This document shows, in pieces, positions 52,235 to 63,067 of a stretch of DNA of 64,000 bases (within the stretch, counting starts at the first letter, position 1; every line of letters begins with the position of its first letter). Location: NCBI GenBank assembly GCA_965249725.1, contig CBDFMQ010000001.1, positions 320,001 through 384,000 on the forward strand. Direction: 5' to 3'. Position numbers and translations under genes: made by a program. The DNA is from Longimicrobiales bacterium (GTDB lineage Bacteria; Gemmatimonadota; Gemmatimonadetes; Longimicrobiales; Gaopeijiaceae). Below the pieces are notes generated by a model that saw only the letters and a list, made by a program, of their open reading frames with translations, was not told the DNA's origin and did not search any database.

Positions 52235-53343
52235 AGCGACTCCTGGTTATCTGCCCACATCCGGTGAACATGGTGCCGGGTCAGCGACTGAAGTACGAAC
52301 AGTACTTCGATCATTGGCGCGAAAACGGATATCACGTGGAGGTCTCCGCGTTCATGACCCGACGCTTCCAAGACATCGTGTATCAACCTGGCCGGATTCC
52401 CGAAAAGCTCTTCTGGGTGGTCTGGGGCTATCTCCGGAGAATCGGGGATCTGCTCCGGCTTCGCCGGTACGATGGCGTCTACGTTTTTCTTTGGGTGACC
52501 CCACTCGGCCCGCCGCTCTTCGAGTGGCTCTTCTCCATCATGTCCAGGCGCATCGTCTACGACATCGACGACATGGTCTTCCTCGGGCATTCGAGCGAGG
52601 CCAACCGCTTCATGCAGATTCTGAAGGGCCGCCGGAAGATGACCCACCTGATGCGCAAGGCCGATCACGTTATCGTTTGCACCCCGCACCTGGAGGCGTT
52701 CGTCAACCGTTACAATGTCCAGACGACGGACATCTCATCGACGATCGATACGGAGCGTTACCTTCCGGTGAACACTTACGCCGACGATCGACCGCTTACG
52801 CTGGGGTGGAGTGGCAGCCACAGCACGGCGAAGTACCTCCATCTGCTGGACGACGCGCTGCGAGAGCTGGCCGGCGAGATCGACTTTCGCTTGAAGGTCA
52901 TTGGCGACCCGACGTTCTCGGTCGAGGGCGTCGGCGTCGATGCGCAGGCATGGGCCGAACCGACCGAGGTACAGGATCTTCAGGAGATCGACATCGGCCT
53001 GTATCCGCTGCCTGACGAGGAGTGGGTGCTCGGCAAGAGCGGACTGAAGGCGCTCCAATACATGGCCCTGGGAATTCCCACCATCGCCACGGACGTTGGA
53101 GCGATCCGGCGCATCATCGACCATGGCACGAATGGTCTGCTCGTGAGCGATCCGAATGGCTGGACGGAGGCCATCCTCCGGCTCGCGAAGAGCCAGGAGC
53201 TGCGAAGGTCCATGGGCCTCGCGGGGCGGGGGACGGTGGTCGACCGGTTCTCCGTTCGGGCGAATGAGCAGAGGTATCTCGGGGTGCTCAGGGCGGTGCT
53301 CAGTGGGGCCGGAGCCGACGACGAGGGGACGGGCGCCGCGTGA
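52231..53343 (+). CDS. Glycosyltransferase, GT4-like
   Basis: YDIDD, LGWSGS.ST, DIGLYPL..GKSGLKALQYMALGIP. Confidence 0.88.
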   Translation: MKRLLVICPHPVNMVPGQRLKYEQYFDHWRENGYHVEVSAFMTRRFQDIVYQPGRIPEKLFWVVWGYLRRIGDLLRLRRYDGVYVFLWVTPLGPPLFEWLFSIMSRRIVYDIDDMVFLGHSSEANRFMQILKGRRKMTHLMRKADHVIVCTPHLEAFVNRYNVQTTDISSTIDTERYLPVNTYADDRPLTLGWSGSHSTAKYLHLLDDALRELAGEIDFRLKVIGDPTFSVEGVGVDAQAWAEPTEVQDLQEIDIGLYPLPDEEWVLGKSGLKALQYMALGIPTIATDVGAIRRIIDHGTNGLLVSDPNGWTEAILRLAKSQELRRSMGLAGRGTVVDRFSVRANEQRYLGVLRAVLSGAGADDEGTGAA

Positions 53344-54143
53344 GTGGTCGGGGATGGCTGGGGGGCAAGATCCGTACGCTCGTGTGGTTCTTGGTTCGCC
53401 CACGCTTCTACGGGCAAGCGATGAGGGCCGTCCGGTACCGGCTGCTTCCACATCCGGGCGAAAGAACCCGTGACCAGGCTACCGAATGGTGTCGGGCGCG
53501 TGCCATCTCTACCGCCGATGCGCTGGAACACCTGCTAGGCCCCGGTGAGCGGCGGCCGATGTCGGAGGTCGAGGACGCGCGCTATACGGGCGCTCTCGAG
53601 GCTGCGGGCGAGGTACCCGTCTTCATGGGAGGGCCGGGAGATCTGGATCTACTTTTTCACCTCGCCGGGCATGAACGGGTGCGAACGGCAATCGAGACAG
53701 GTGTCGCCTTTGGATGGTCATCTCTGGCTATACTCCTCGGGATGAGGTCAGAGGGACGACTCTTCAGCACCGATATGCCTTATGTTCGCGGAGGCAACGA
53801 AGACTACGTCGGTTGCGTGGTGCCGGATGACCTTCGCGGAGGATGGACACTCATCCGCCTTGCCGACAGGCAAGCCCTCCCCATCGCCCTGAAGGCGTCG
53901 GGCCCGATCCAACTGTGCCACTACGACAGTGACAAGACTCATGTCGGACGCATGTGGGCGTACGCCCTGCTGTGGGATGCCCTCGAACCCGGCGGTTACT
54001 TCGTATCGGACGACGTGAGCGACAACGAGGCGTTCAGGGTTTTTGCGGAGGGGGTCGGACTCGAGCCGACCGTGATTCGCCCAAGAACCGAAGGCGAGAA
54101 GTACGTGGGCGTCTTGATGAAGACCGGAGGAACGCCGAGCTAG
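53340..54143 (+). CDS. SAM-dependent methyltransferase (Methyltransf_24-like)
   Basis: IETGVAFGWSS, HYDSDK, LEPGG..SDDV. Confidence 0.82.
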   Translation: MSGRGWLGGKIRTLVWFLVRPRFYGQAMRAVRYRLLPHPGERTRDQATEWCRARAISTADALEHLLGPGERRPMSEVEDARYTGALEAAGEVPVFMGGPGDLDLLFHLAGHERVRTAIETGVAFGWSSLAILLGMRSEGRLFSTDMPYVRGGNEDYVGCVVPDDLRGGWTLIRLADRQALPIALKASGPIQLCHYDSDKTHVGRMWAYALLWDALEPGGYFVSDDVSDNEAFRVFAEGVGLEPTVIRPRTEGEKYVGVLMKTGGTPS

Positions 54144-55255
54144 GTGCTTCGACACGCCTCCCGATACATCGTCGAGAGAGCGTCGACCATTCCCTGGGCT
54201 TGAAACCGGGACTCTACGTCCTGCCGTCCCTGCTCGACAATGCGCCCCGCGAGCGTTTCGTCGCCCAGGATGCGGAGGATAGCCTCGGCCGTCCGTTCGG
54301 GAGCCTGGTACGGGACCACCAGGGCGTTCCGTTCATGCTCAATGAACTCACTGCCCACGCCCGCGAGCGTGAAGACGCTGGGGACGCCGGCCGCCAGCGC
54401 TTCGACGTAGGTCTGGCCGAACGCCTCGATTCTGAGGTCGATGGGTGTGTGGACGTACACATCGAACAGCCGATAGAGGTCGTGCTCGAACGGGATCTCG
54501 AGATGGTTCTGGGGCGGAAGAGTCTGGACTGCCGCGCGGGTGGCCGAAGCCCCACGGGCATTGGCGAAGATGAACAACGCGTTAGGATACTCGCTAAGGA
54601 CCAGCCTGGCCGCCTCGACAATCCCTTCGATGCCTTTCCAGGCGATGTAGCGTGCGATGATGCCGACCACCGGATGCGCCGATCCGATCGCGTACCTCTC
54701 CCGAAGCGCCTGGACCCTCTCGTCCGAGATATTATCGAAGTCCGCGAACTGGAACCCGTGGTGGACGAGCCGTATCTTGCGGTCCGGCACCCGTTCCATC
54801 TCTCCAAGAACGAAACGGACGTTCTCGCTGATCGCTACCACGTGTGTCGCCAGGCTGTTGAGGAGTCGGTCGATTATGACCCAACGGGGGGCATAATCGT
54901 GGTGGAAAGTCGAATGGTGACGGGTGTAGACCCGCTGGGGAATCCGAAGTAGCCTGGCTGCGATGAGCCCGACCATGTTCGCGGGCAGGAGGTGGGCGTG
55001 GACCGTCTCCGGCCGTGACCGTCGGAGCAGCCTTATCGTCCGCCAAAGCGCCCTCGGTAGGTCGCGATATCCACGGTACGTCACTCTGTCCCAGGGGATA
55101 CCCCTACGGGTCAACTCGCCCTCCAGTGCGGACGGGCCCGGATTGAGGAGGATGAAGCTGAGTTCGAATCGATCGGAGTCCAGCAGGTCCGCCACCCACT
55201 CGAACGCTATGGCCTTGTCGATATCGGCCAGTATGTACACCACCCGTTGGGACAT
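54140..55255 (-). CDS. Glycosyltransferase, GT4-like
   Basis: VHAHL, WKGIE, EAFGQTYVEALAAGVP. Confidence 0.88.
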   Translation of the reverse strand: MSQRVVYILADIDKAIAFEWVADLLDSDRFELSFILLNPGPSALEGELTRRGIPWDRVTYRGYRDLPRALWRTIRLLRRSRPETVHAHLLPANMVGLIAARLLRIPQRVYTRHHSTFHHDYAPRWVIIDRLLNSLATHVVAISENVRFVLGEMERVPDRKIRLVHHGFQFADFDNISDERVQALRERYAIGSAHPVVGIIARYIAWKGIEGIVEAARLVLSEYPNALFIFANARGASATRAAVQTLPPQNHLEIPFEHDLYRLFDVYVHTPIDLRIEAFGQTYVEALAAGVPSVFTLAGVGSEFIEHERNALVVPYQAPERTAEAILRILGDETLAGRIVEQGRQDVESRFQAQGMVDALSTMYREACRST

Positions 55256-55368
55256 ATGCTCCTACGGAGTTGCGTCGATCGAGAGGAGTTTCGGTCCGAA
55301 AGCTAGCGCGCTCGGGACGGAGTCGCACCGGATCCGCAACACGCTGCCCGCCACGACTGGTGGGCGGC

Positions 55369-56280
55369 ATGCGTGAGCGGGCAACATTCGCCGTCGTAAT
55401 CCCCACGTACAACCGGGCGGAGCGACTCGTCCGCACCCTGGATACCGTTTTCCAGCAGGAGGAGCCCGCCACGGAAGTTATTGTGGTGGACGATGCCTCC
55501 ACGGACGAAACCCGGACCGTTGTCGAGGCGCTGGCTGCGACCCACCCGGAACTGAGATACGTTCGGCATGCAGCCAACCAGGAACGTGCCGTATCGCGCA
55601 ACACCGGCACGAGCCACGCCACCGCCGACTACGTGACGTTCCTGGACTCGGACGACCTGATGTACCCTCAGAATCTTAGGGAAGCGGCCGACTTCGTGGC
55701 GGACACGGGTGCCAGGTTCTTCCACAACCTGTTCCACAGCATCGACGAGGCCGGCAACCACCTCAGGCACTTCCCGGCACCGCGATTGGGCAATCCGCTC
55801 CGGGCCCTGGCTCTGGGGAATTTTCCGTCGTGCATCGGCGTCTTCGTCCACCGTGAGATCTATACCGCGTACCAATTCGACACGGACCCGGTGCTCATCA
55901 GTTCGGAGGACTATGAGCTGTGGCTCCGCGTAATGGTCGACTACCCCATTCAGCGCATCCCACGCGTGAACAGTGCATTCGTGCACCATGCGGGCCGATC
56001 CATGGTCAACCAGAATCTGGACACCGCGGAACGCCGTATCGAGTACATCCTCGAGAAGATCCGCTCGGATCCGAAGCTGCAGCAGGCATACGGCCCCTAT
56101 CTGGGTCGCATGTACGCAGGACGGATGTGCTTCCTCGCAAGCTTGGCGAACGATAATGGCGAGTCTCCGGCCGCACTGGCCTATTTGAAGCGCGCCGTGA
56201 CGGAGTACCCCATAATCGCGGTTTACCCCCGGTTCGTCCGCTGCCTCCAGTTGGCGATCCTGAACAGCGTTCGTGGTTGA
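55369..56280 (+). CDS. Glycosyltransferase family 2
   Basis: VVIPTYNRA, VVDDASTD, FLDSDD, EDYELWLR. Confidence 0.9.
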   Translation: MRERATFAVVIPTYNRAERLVRTLDTVFQQEEPATEVIVVDDASTDETRTVVEALAATHPELRYVRHAANQERAVSRNTGTSHATADYVTFLDSDDLMYPQNLREAADFVADTGARFFHNLFHSIDEAGNHLRHFPAPRLGNPLRALALGNFPSCIGVFVHREIYTAYQFDTDPVLISSEDYELWLRVMVDYPIQRIPRVNSAFVHHAGRSMVNQNLDTAERRIEYILEKIRSDPKLQQAYGPYLGRMYAGRMCFLASLANDNGESPAALAYLKRAVTEYPIIAVYPRFVRCLQLAILNSVRG

Positions 56281-56385
56281 ACTCGGCAGCCGCATCGAGC
56301 TTGGGTCCGCCGGATCATCGATTCCGCCTCGACATCCAGAGGCTCAGGGGCGTGGCGGAGGGGCGGGTTTGTACGATCTTGGTCG

Positions 56386-57420
56386 TCAGATCGGCAGAGG
56401 CACCTCGCAGCCGGTCTTGGCGGACTCGTAGATCCCGCGGACGAGTTCGAGGGACTTTCGGCCTTCGCGGCCGTCCGTGCCCGCGTCGGCCTCTCCCCGG
56501 AGCACGGCCAACACATTTCGGTAGTACGGCTCGTGCCCTGAGCCATAGACGGAGTCGGGGTTGGAATTGGCTTTCTCGACCAGCAAGTCGTCGTCGTCGG
56601 CCTCGGCGAATTCCCACTTCTCGATCTTGTTCACCGCCGTGCCACCTATCTTGACCGTGCCGTTCTCGCCGAGGATGGTGAGCGATCCTTCCATGTTCTT
56701 GGGATAGGTGAGCATCGTGACCTCGAGCACGCCGATTCCACCGTGCCGAAACCGGAGAATTGCGGCCCCCGTGTCCTCCGCTTCGATGCTTCGGGCCAGG
56801 GTCACGGTCTTCGCCATGACCGATTCCACCGTCCCGCCCAGCCAAAGAACGAGATCGACGTAGTGGGACGCCTGGTTCATGAAGGCACCGCCATCGAACT
56901 CCCAGGTGCCCCGCCACTTCGCCATATCGTAGTACTCCTGGGGTCGGGTCCACCGGACCGTCGCGTTCACCAGGTGGATACGCCCGAAGCGTCCCTTTTC
57001 GACGGCCGACTTCACGAGCTGGACCGGAGGATTCAGCCGGTTCTGCTTGACCACGAAGAGGTGCACTTTTGCCTCATCACAGGCCTGAACCAGTTCGTCC
57101 GCGGCCTCTAGGGTGATGGCCATGGGCTTCTCGGAGATCACGTGCTTTCCGGCCCGCGCCGCCACGATGCCGTGCGCCGGATGGAGGCCCGACGGGGTCG
57201 CGATGGTGACCGCATCGCAGTCGGCATGCCCCAACATGTCCTCGATCGACCCGAACGAAGGCACCGACCATTGGTTCCCGGCCGCCTGAGCGCGGTCCGC
57301 GTCGATGTCCGAGACGGCCGTCAGCTCGAGCCCGTCGATGGCATCGATGGCCTCGAAGTGGTTCTTGCTGATGCGACCGCAGCCGACGAGGGCGATCCTG
57401 AACGACGACTGGTCACTCAT
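56386..57420 (-). CDS. Gfo/Idh/MocA oxidoreductase, WbpB/WlbA-like UDP-GlcNAcA 3-dehydrogenase
   Basis: GCGRISKNH, TPSGLH, EKPMA, VKQNR.N, DGGAFMNQASHYVD. Confidence 0.85.
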   Translation of the reverse strand: MSDQSSFRIALVGCGRISKNHFEAIDAIDGLELTAVSDIDADRAQAAGNQWSVPSFGSIEDMLGHADCDAVTIATPSGLHPAHGIVAARAGKHVISEKPMAITLEAADELVQACDEAKVHLFVVKQNRLNPPVQLVKSAVEKGRFGRIHLVNATVRWTRPQEYYDMAKWRGTWEFDGGAFMNQASHYVDLVLWLGGTVESVMAKTVTLARSIEAEDTGAAILRFRHGGIGVLEVTMLTYPKNMEGSLTILGENGTVKIGGTAVNKIEKWEFAEADDDDLLVEKANSNPDSVYGSGHEPYYRNVLAVLRGEADAGTDGREGRKSLELVRGIYESAKTGCEVPLPI

Positions 57421-58045
57421 TGTGCGGCTCCGCGTTGGGGGACTCCGCGTTGGGGGACTCAACCATCTCCGCGGCGTCGGACGTCACCACATATGCGGTG
57501 TCACACTCGTCGCAGACTACCCGTCCGTCCGCGGACGCGAGTTTGACGCCGCAGCGACAGGCCCACCCGATGCGCCGGGCAGGCACACCAGCGACGAGCG
57601 CGAAGTCCGGGACGTCCTTGGTCACCACCGCCCCGGCCGCGACGAATGAGTAGGCCCCCAACGTCGATCCGCAGACGATGGTGGCGTTGGCGCCGATCGT
57701 CGCGCCCCGCTTCACGAGAGTCTTCAGATACTCGTGTTTCCGGACCACTTGGCTGCGCGGGTTGATCACATTGGTGAAGACCATCGAGGGACCGCAGAAG
57801 ACGTCAGCCTCGAGCTCGACCCCTTCGTAAACGGAGACGTTGTTCTGGATCTTCACCCGGTCCCCGATCTTGACCCGTCCCATGACGACCACGTTTTGAC
57901 CGAGGGAGCAGTCCGAGCCGATTTCCGCTCCCGGCATGACATGGCAGAAGTGCCAGATCTTGGTCCCCGCACCGACGATGGCCCCGGAATCCACGTAGCT
58001 GGACTCGTGGACGAAGAAGTCGGGTGTGCCGTCGGTAGTGTTCAT
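57413..58045 (-). CDS. Hexapeptide-repeat N-acetyltransferase, WbpD/WlbB-like
   Basis: HESSYVD..KIWHFCH, KIQNNVSVY, GPSMVFTNV.NPRS, GW.C.CG. Confidence 0.88.
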   Translation of the reverse strand: MNTTDGTPDFFVHESSYVDSGAIVGAGTKIWHFCHVMPGAEIGSDCSLGQNVVVMGRVKIGDRVKIQNNVSVYEGVELEADVFCGPSMVFTNVINPRSQVVRKHEYLKTLVKRGATIGANATIVCGSTLGAYSFVAAGAVVTKDVPDFALVAGVPARRIGWACRCGVKLASADGRVVCDECDTAYVVTSDAAEMVESPNAESPNAEPHNE

Positions 58046-59970
58046 ACGCTTCGCCGCGTGGCCCCCGGTGGAACGGTTCGAACGGTTTCGTTTTCGTGAG
58101 ACAGGTCCTGCCCTCGAACCAGTCTCTGGAAGACGCCGCATGACTCCATCAACTCTTCATAGGTCCCGCACCCGACGACCCGACCCTCGTCGAAGACGGC
58201 GATCTGATCACAGTCCATAACGGTCGAGATACGGTGAGCGACGTGGATCAACGTCAGATTGCCGGTGAGGCTCTCCACGGATCTCATCACGGCCGCCTCG
58301 GTCATCGTGTCCAAGGAACTCGTCGCCTCGTCGAGGACGAGCAACTGTGGCTTTCTGTAGAGTGCGCGCGCGATCCCGATGCGCTGGCGCTCCCCCCCGC
58401 TCAAACGGGCACCTCGCTCTCCCACTTCCGTGTTGATCCCGTTCGGCAGCTTCTCGACGAACCATAGGACTCGTGCGGCATCGAGGGCCTCTCTCACCCT
58501 GTCCTCGTCGATGTCGTCTGGATCGAGTCCGAAGGCCACGTTGGCCGCAACGGTATCGTCCAGAAGGAAGATCTCCTGGGGAACCTGTCCGCAGAACTTC
58601 CTCCACACGCGCTCTCTACCGCCGTCGAGCGTCCAGTCGTCCAACGCCACATCGCCTTCCGAGGGCGTGATGAGGCCCATGAGCACGTCCGCGAAGGTCG
58701 ACTTTCCCGAGCCGGAAGGGCCGACGAGGCCCAGCGTCGCGAACCGCGGAACGTGAATCGTCACGTTCTCCAGAGCGGGAGCTTCGCCTCCCGGGTACGA
58801 GAAGCAGATTTCGCTCGCCCTGAGTTCCTTCCAGTCTTCGGGAATCTCGCGTGGTTCCTGGCCGAGCGTCTCGCTCTCCCGAACTGCCAAGCGGTCGAGA
58901 ACCGTCAGGTCCCCTCGGAGGGCTCCCACCGCCGGACGGTAGAACTGAAGTCGATTGGCGGCCTGGAATGCGTGCTGGAGCGACGGCAGGAGCTTGTACC
59001 CACCGAACGCATAAAGACCGAGCCGCGGTAGAATCGCCGAATCTCCGTTCGTGGATATGAAAAAGAACAGAGCCAAGAGAATGATCCCGCCGAACGCCAC
59101 CGCTTCCATGATGAAGCGCGGAGCAAGGCCTATGAGCAGAGAACTCCGCATGGACCGGGAGAAAGCCTTGGCGGCCGGCGTGAATCCCGCGACGAACCGC
59201 TGCGGCCGGTCGGCGAGGACATAGTCCTTGAAGCCACCGAAGGCGTCCTGAGAGAATCGGTACCGCTGGCGATCCGCCGACATGCGTCGCTCGCCAAGCC
59301 AGTTCTGGCGCCGCTTCACCATCGGGTAGATGATCGCGTACATGGAGGCGAGCACGGTTGCCACAACCACCGCCAAGACGGGGTCCACGACGAGGAGCAG
59401 CGTGAAGATGACGAGACCGCTCAGCCCCTCCGAGACCAGGGTCACGATCTGCATCGCGACGCCCTCGCTGAGGCTGCCCGACTCGTTCATGAGCTTCTGC
59501 GTCAGGTCTGCGGAATGGCGGTTCCGAAACTCGAGGTAGGGAAGGGCCAGATATCGGGAGAACAGGTCCACCGTCACTCGGCTGTGCTGATCCCACACGA
59601 AGATCATCACCGACCGCATTCCCAGGGCCGTGAGGAGGTTCGCGCCGGAGATCACGATGATGGAAGCGACACCCGCGAAGACGACGAATTGGGACGGAGA
59701 GCCGAAGCCGACCCACTCGTAGACGGCCGCCGCCCATGAATTGCTCTCAATCAGACCCGGATCCGACACCAGGGCCAGGAACGGCATGACCGAGGCGACG
59801 GAGACGGCTTGGAGGAGAGCGATAACGAATGAAAACCCGATCGCGCCGCCGAGCCGGCGCTTTTCGGCGGGCGTGCAGAACGTGAGGTAGATGCGGATCG
59901 AACTCCAGATCGACGACTCCCTCGGCCGACCGTGGAGGTCTTGCTCGGCTTGCGCCTTGTCGTCCGTCAT
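58042..59970 (-). CDS. ABC exporter, TMD+NBD fusion (PglK/MsbA-like flippase)
   Basis: GPSGSGKST, LSGGERQRIGIAR, LDEATS; the ATG overlaps the upstream TGA. Confidence 0.9.
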   Translation of the reverse strand: MTDDKAQAEQDLHGRPRESSIWSSIRIYLTFCTPAEKRRLGGAIGFSFVIALLQAVSVASVMPFLALVSDPGLIESNSWAAAVYEWVGFGSPSQFVVFAGVASIIVISGANLLTALGMRSVMIFVWDQHSRVTVDLFSRYLALPYLEFRNRHSADLTQKLMNESGSLSEGVAMQIVTLVSEGLSGLVIFTLLLVVDPVLAVVVATVLASMYAIIYPMVKRRQNWLGERRMSADRQRYRFSQDAFGGFKDYVLADRPQRFVAGFTPAAKAFSRSMRSSLLIGLAPRFIMEAVAFGGIILLALFFFISTNGDSAILPRLGLYAFGGYKLLPSLQHAFQAANRLQFYRPAVGALRGDLTVLDRLAVRESETLGQEPREIPEDWKELRASEICFSYPGGEAPALENVTIHVPRFATLGLVGPSGSGKSTFADVLMGLITPSEGDVALDDWTLDGGRERVWRKFCGQVPQEIFLLDDTVAANVAFGLDPDDIDEDRVREALDAARVLWFVEKLPNGINTEVGERGARLSGGERQRIGIARALYRKPQLLVLDEATSSLDTMTEAAVMRSVESLTGNLTLIHVAHRISTVMDCDQIAVFDEGRVVGCGTYEELMESCGVFQRLVRGQDLSHENETVRTVPPGATRRSV

Positions 59971-61841
59971 GCTTCGAAGGTCATGCGATACCATCGCCCG
60001 AAGTTGAGCCACCGCCAAACGACCGGCGTGTAGGCCGTCTTACCGGAGATTACACGGTCGAAGTAGGGGAGCATTCGGTCCGTCCGCAAGAAGGGTACAC
60101 CTCTGTTCATGCCCAGACTCTCTCGGACTGTGTCGGCCGCATCACCCATCCACGTCGATTCAGGCGTGGAGAATCCGATTTTGTCTCGTCGGTCCAAGAT
60201 GGCGTCCGGGACGATGCCGCGCATCGCGGATCGGAGAACGCGTTTCGACTCGCCATTGGCTCCGATCAGGTAGTCCTCCGGAAGACTCAGAAGCAGGTCG
60301 GCCAGGTCGGTCGTCAGAAACGGGAGGCGACTCTCGATGGAGAAGTGCATGGCGTTGCGATCTCCGTGACGAAGGAGCTTCGCCAGGTCGCCCCTCGCCA
60401 CGACACGGGCCAGCTCCTCAACGACCCTCCGTCCGGTGGCGCCGGTGGGTGGAGTCTCCGGCGCCAAACGGGCATCCACCTCGGCGTCCGCTAGCGCACT
60501 CGCGTCCACCCAGTCTGGGAACCCGAATGACGCCCGTCCCCATGCGCCCCGTCGCGCCTGGAAGTGCATGAAGTCCCTCACGGCCCACGAGAAGCTCCGG
60601 CCCGGCCACTTGCCCCAGTTCCAGGCGAAGCGCAGCGCAGCCATCCAGCGGCCGGATTCGACCAGGCTCAGCAGGCGCTGGTTGGGATACCCGTGGTATC
60701 CCGCACAGAGCTCGTCCGCGCCTTGACCCTCGAGCGTGACGGGAATGCCGTTCTCGCGGGCCGTTCTGAACACACGGTATTGCGCGTAGATGCTGGATCC
60801 GCCGAAAGGCTCCCCCTGGGACCGGATCAAGACGTCGAGGTCGTTTGCCAGTCCGGAAGGGGAGGCCGTCACAGCGTGGCCGCGACCACCGACCGTCTCG
60901 TTGACCAGATCGATCCACTTCACCTCGGAGATCCGTGGATCGTCGGCCACGTAGCTGAACGTGTGAATCGGCAGATCGGGTGCCACATGGCGCATTCCGC
61001 ATACGATGGCCGACGAGTCGATTCCCCCGGAGAGCGCGGCTCCTACCGGAACGTCACTCCTCAGGTGCTGTCGGACGTCGTCCAGGAAGCGCTCCCGAAC
61101 GGCTTCGACCGCCTGCGGGTAGGTAAGGGTCGATTCGGCGCGGAAGCGTGGCTCCCACCATCGGGGTAATGGCGCCAACTGCCCGCTCGATAGATCCAGG
61201 CGTAGGGCCGTGCCCTGCGGGAGATGGGAAGCGCCCTGAACGAACGACGCGTCCACCGTATCGTAGTCGCCATGAGCCAGGTAGTCGTAGCTGCGTTGCC
61301 AGTCGAGCCGGGGTTTGCCGGACCGTAGCCGGAGGAGCGCCCCGAGCTCGGAGGCGAAGACCAACGCTCCCTCGGCATGGTCGAAGTACAGCGGCTTGAT
61401 GCCGAAGGGGTCCCGCACGAGGGTGATCGTCTCGGCCTGTGAATCGTAGACGCAGAAGGCGTACATCCCCGTCAGCCGCGGTAGGCAAGCGGGGCCCCAT
61501 TTCGCCCAAGCCTCGAGGAGCACCTCCGAGTCCCCCGAAGAGCGGAATTGGACGCCTTCTCGTTCGAGTTCCCTTCGTAGCTCTACGTAGTTGTAGACCT
61601 CGCCGTTGTATACGAGCGCGTACCGTCCACAGTGCGACCACATAGGCTGTCGCCCACGCTCCGTCAGATCGAGGATGGCGAGGCGGGTATGCCCGAGGGC
61701 CATGGTGCCCCTGTCCGAACGCCGGAACAGCGTGTCCTTTCCGTCGGGGCCACGATGCGTGAGCGCCTCGACCGCACCGGCGAGGCGGTTCTCGGCGTCG
61801 TGAGGCTCGTCCCGCCACCATGCCCCGGCGATTCCACACAT
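59967..61841 (-). CDS. asnB: Asparagine synthase-type glutamine amidotransferase (second copy)
   Basis: MCGI, GHTRLAILDL, LSGGIDSS, GQGADE, DRNAM..SIESRLPFL. Confidence 0.9.
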   Translation of the reverse strand: MCGIAGAWWRDEPHDAENRLAGAVEALTHRGPDGKDTLFRRSDRGTMALGHTRLAILDLTERGRQPMWSHCGRYALVYNGEVYNYVELRRELEREGVQFRSSGDSEVLLEAWAKWGPACLPRLTGMYAFCVYDSQAETITLVRDPFGIKPLYFDHAEGALVFASELGALLRLRSGKPRLDWQRSYDYLAHGDYDTVDASFVQGASHLPQGTALRLDLSSGQLAPLPRWWEPRFRAESTLTYPQAVEAVRERFLDDVRQHLRSDVPVGAALSGGIDSSAIVCGMRHVAPDLPIHTFSYVADDPRISEVKWIDLVNETVGGRGHAVTASPSGLANDLDVLIRSQGEPFGGSSIYAQYRVFRTARENGIPVTLEGQGADELCAGYHGYPNQRLLSLVESGRWMAALRFAWNWGKWPGRSFSWAVRDFMHFQARRGAWGRASFGFPDWVDASALADAEVDARLAPETPPTGATGRRVVEELARVVARGDLAKLLRHGDRNAMHFSIESRLPFLTTDLADLLLSLPEDYLIGANGESKRVLRSAMRGIVPDAILDRRDKIGFSTPESTWMGDAADTVRESLGMNRGVPFLRTDRMLPYFDRVISGKTAYTPVVWRWLNFGRWYRMTFEA

Positions 61842-61867
61842 CGGTCAGCTACGCACCGGACGGGGGC

Positions 61868-63006
61868 TCATCGAGGCTCGCCCAACCAGAGACGCGACAA
61901 GACCGGACCATACCGGTCCATCGTGTGGTTCTGCCGAACCCAAGAAGCGTAGCCGGTTACGTCGACTCGCCCGGAGCGGACGTCGGCCACCGTTCGCCGG
62001 AGAACATCGGGTAGACCGTTCGCGTCCGTGACACGAATCGGACACCCATCGGGCAAGTGGCCTCGCAGGCTCCCGTCGATGCCACAAATGACGGCACACC
62101 CCCGCATCAGCGCTTCGACGCTCTGTAGGCCATACCAGCCGATCGTCAACTGATCCACGACGATATCGGCCCGATCGTAGAGCGCGAACAACATCGGCCG
62201 GGGAACGCTGTACACCGATCCGGTGTCCACCCCCAGCTCGTGGGTGAGGACTGGTTCACACCCGCGTCCTCGGCCTCGAGCGCCTTCGCTGCGGGCTCCA
62301 GCAGTGCCGTGCCTTTCATCGCAACGTTAGAGGGAGCGTGCAGTATGGTGACGTCGCCCGCCGCGTCGGGCAGGGTCAACTCTCCCCGCGGAGCCGAGCA
62401 CTCTGCCTCGAATTTTTCGACGTCCAGGACGACCGGAACGAATTGAGCCGACGGCACGATCTCGAGTAGGTCGGGGGTCGAGACCAGAATGTGATCGGCG
62501 AAATCGACGGCGTCTTGGACGAGACGCCGCTGCCAAGCCGCCGAGAGAGGCGGCGCGTCGGCTTTGGTGGCGACCCCACGGAGGTGGCGATCCTTCCAGA
62601 TCACGTACTCCGGGTTGCGGATATCCGTGCCCACGAAATGCACGATGACGCGCTTTCCAAGGAGCCGATAGAGTCGCAGCTCGAGCCGGCGCAACTTCCT
62701 CGTGAGAAGGGTCTCCCCCGAGAAGAAGTGAAGTATCTGGAAACGCCACAACGCCAGCACGAAGAACAGTAGGGCGTGCGTCCATTGGACCGGCGCTACG
62801 TGATCACTATACTGGACTTCGTAGGTGTAGCTGGTGGGATACTGTGCGTCGGAGACCTTGTGCTTCACGAAGGACTCGACGGTGATCTGGTCCCTTAAGT
62901 GCTGTTCGATCCACTTGGAATAGAGTTCGATCCGCCAGCCGATATCGACCGCGCCGAACAACAACCGCTTCTTTCCTCCACGCCGTTCACGGAAGGGCCA
63001 TCCCAT
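61868..63006 (-). pseudogene. Glycosyltransferase-like gene with an apparent frameshift near 62250
   Basis: HFVGTDIR, STPDL, ILHAPSN...KGT in one frame; ADIVVDQL.IGWYG..SVEAL..G..VI in another. Confidence 0.65.
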
Positions 63007-63067
63007 CGGCAGAGAGCGACTCAGCAATCGAACGAGAATCCTCAACCTCCTGAGGCGTTTTTGGCTG

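Noticed and set aside
46475..61841. The two AsnB genes as lasso cyclases for the RRE cluster
   Set aside because: Both keep the N-terminal MCGI glutaminase nucleophile, lie more than 25 kb away among glycan genes, and the peptide core has no Asp/Glu for a lasso ring.
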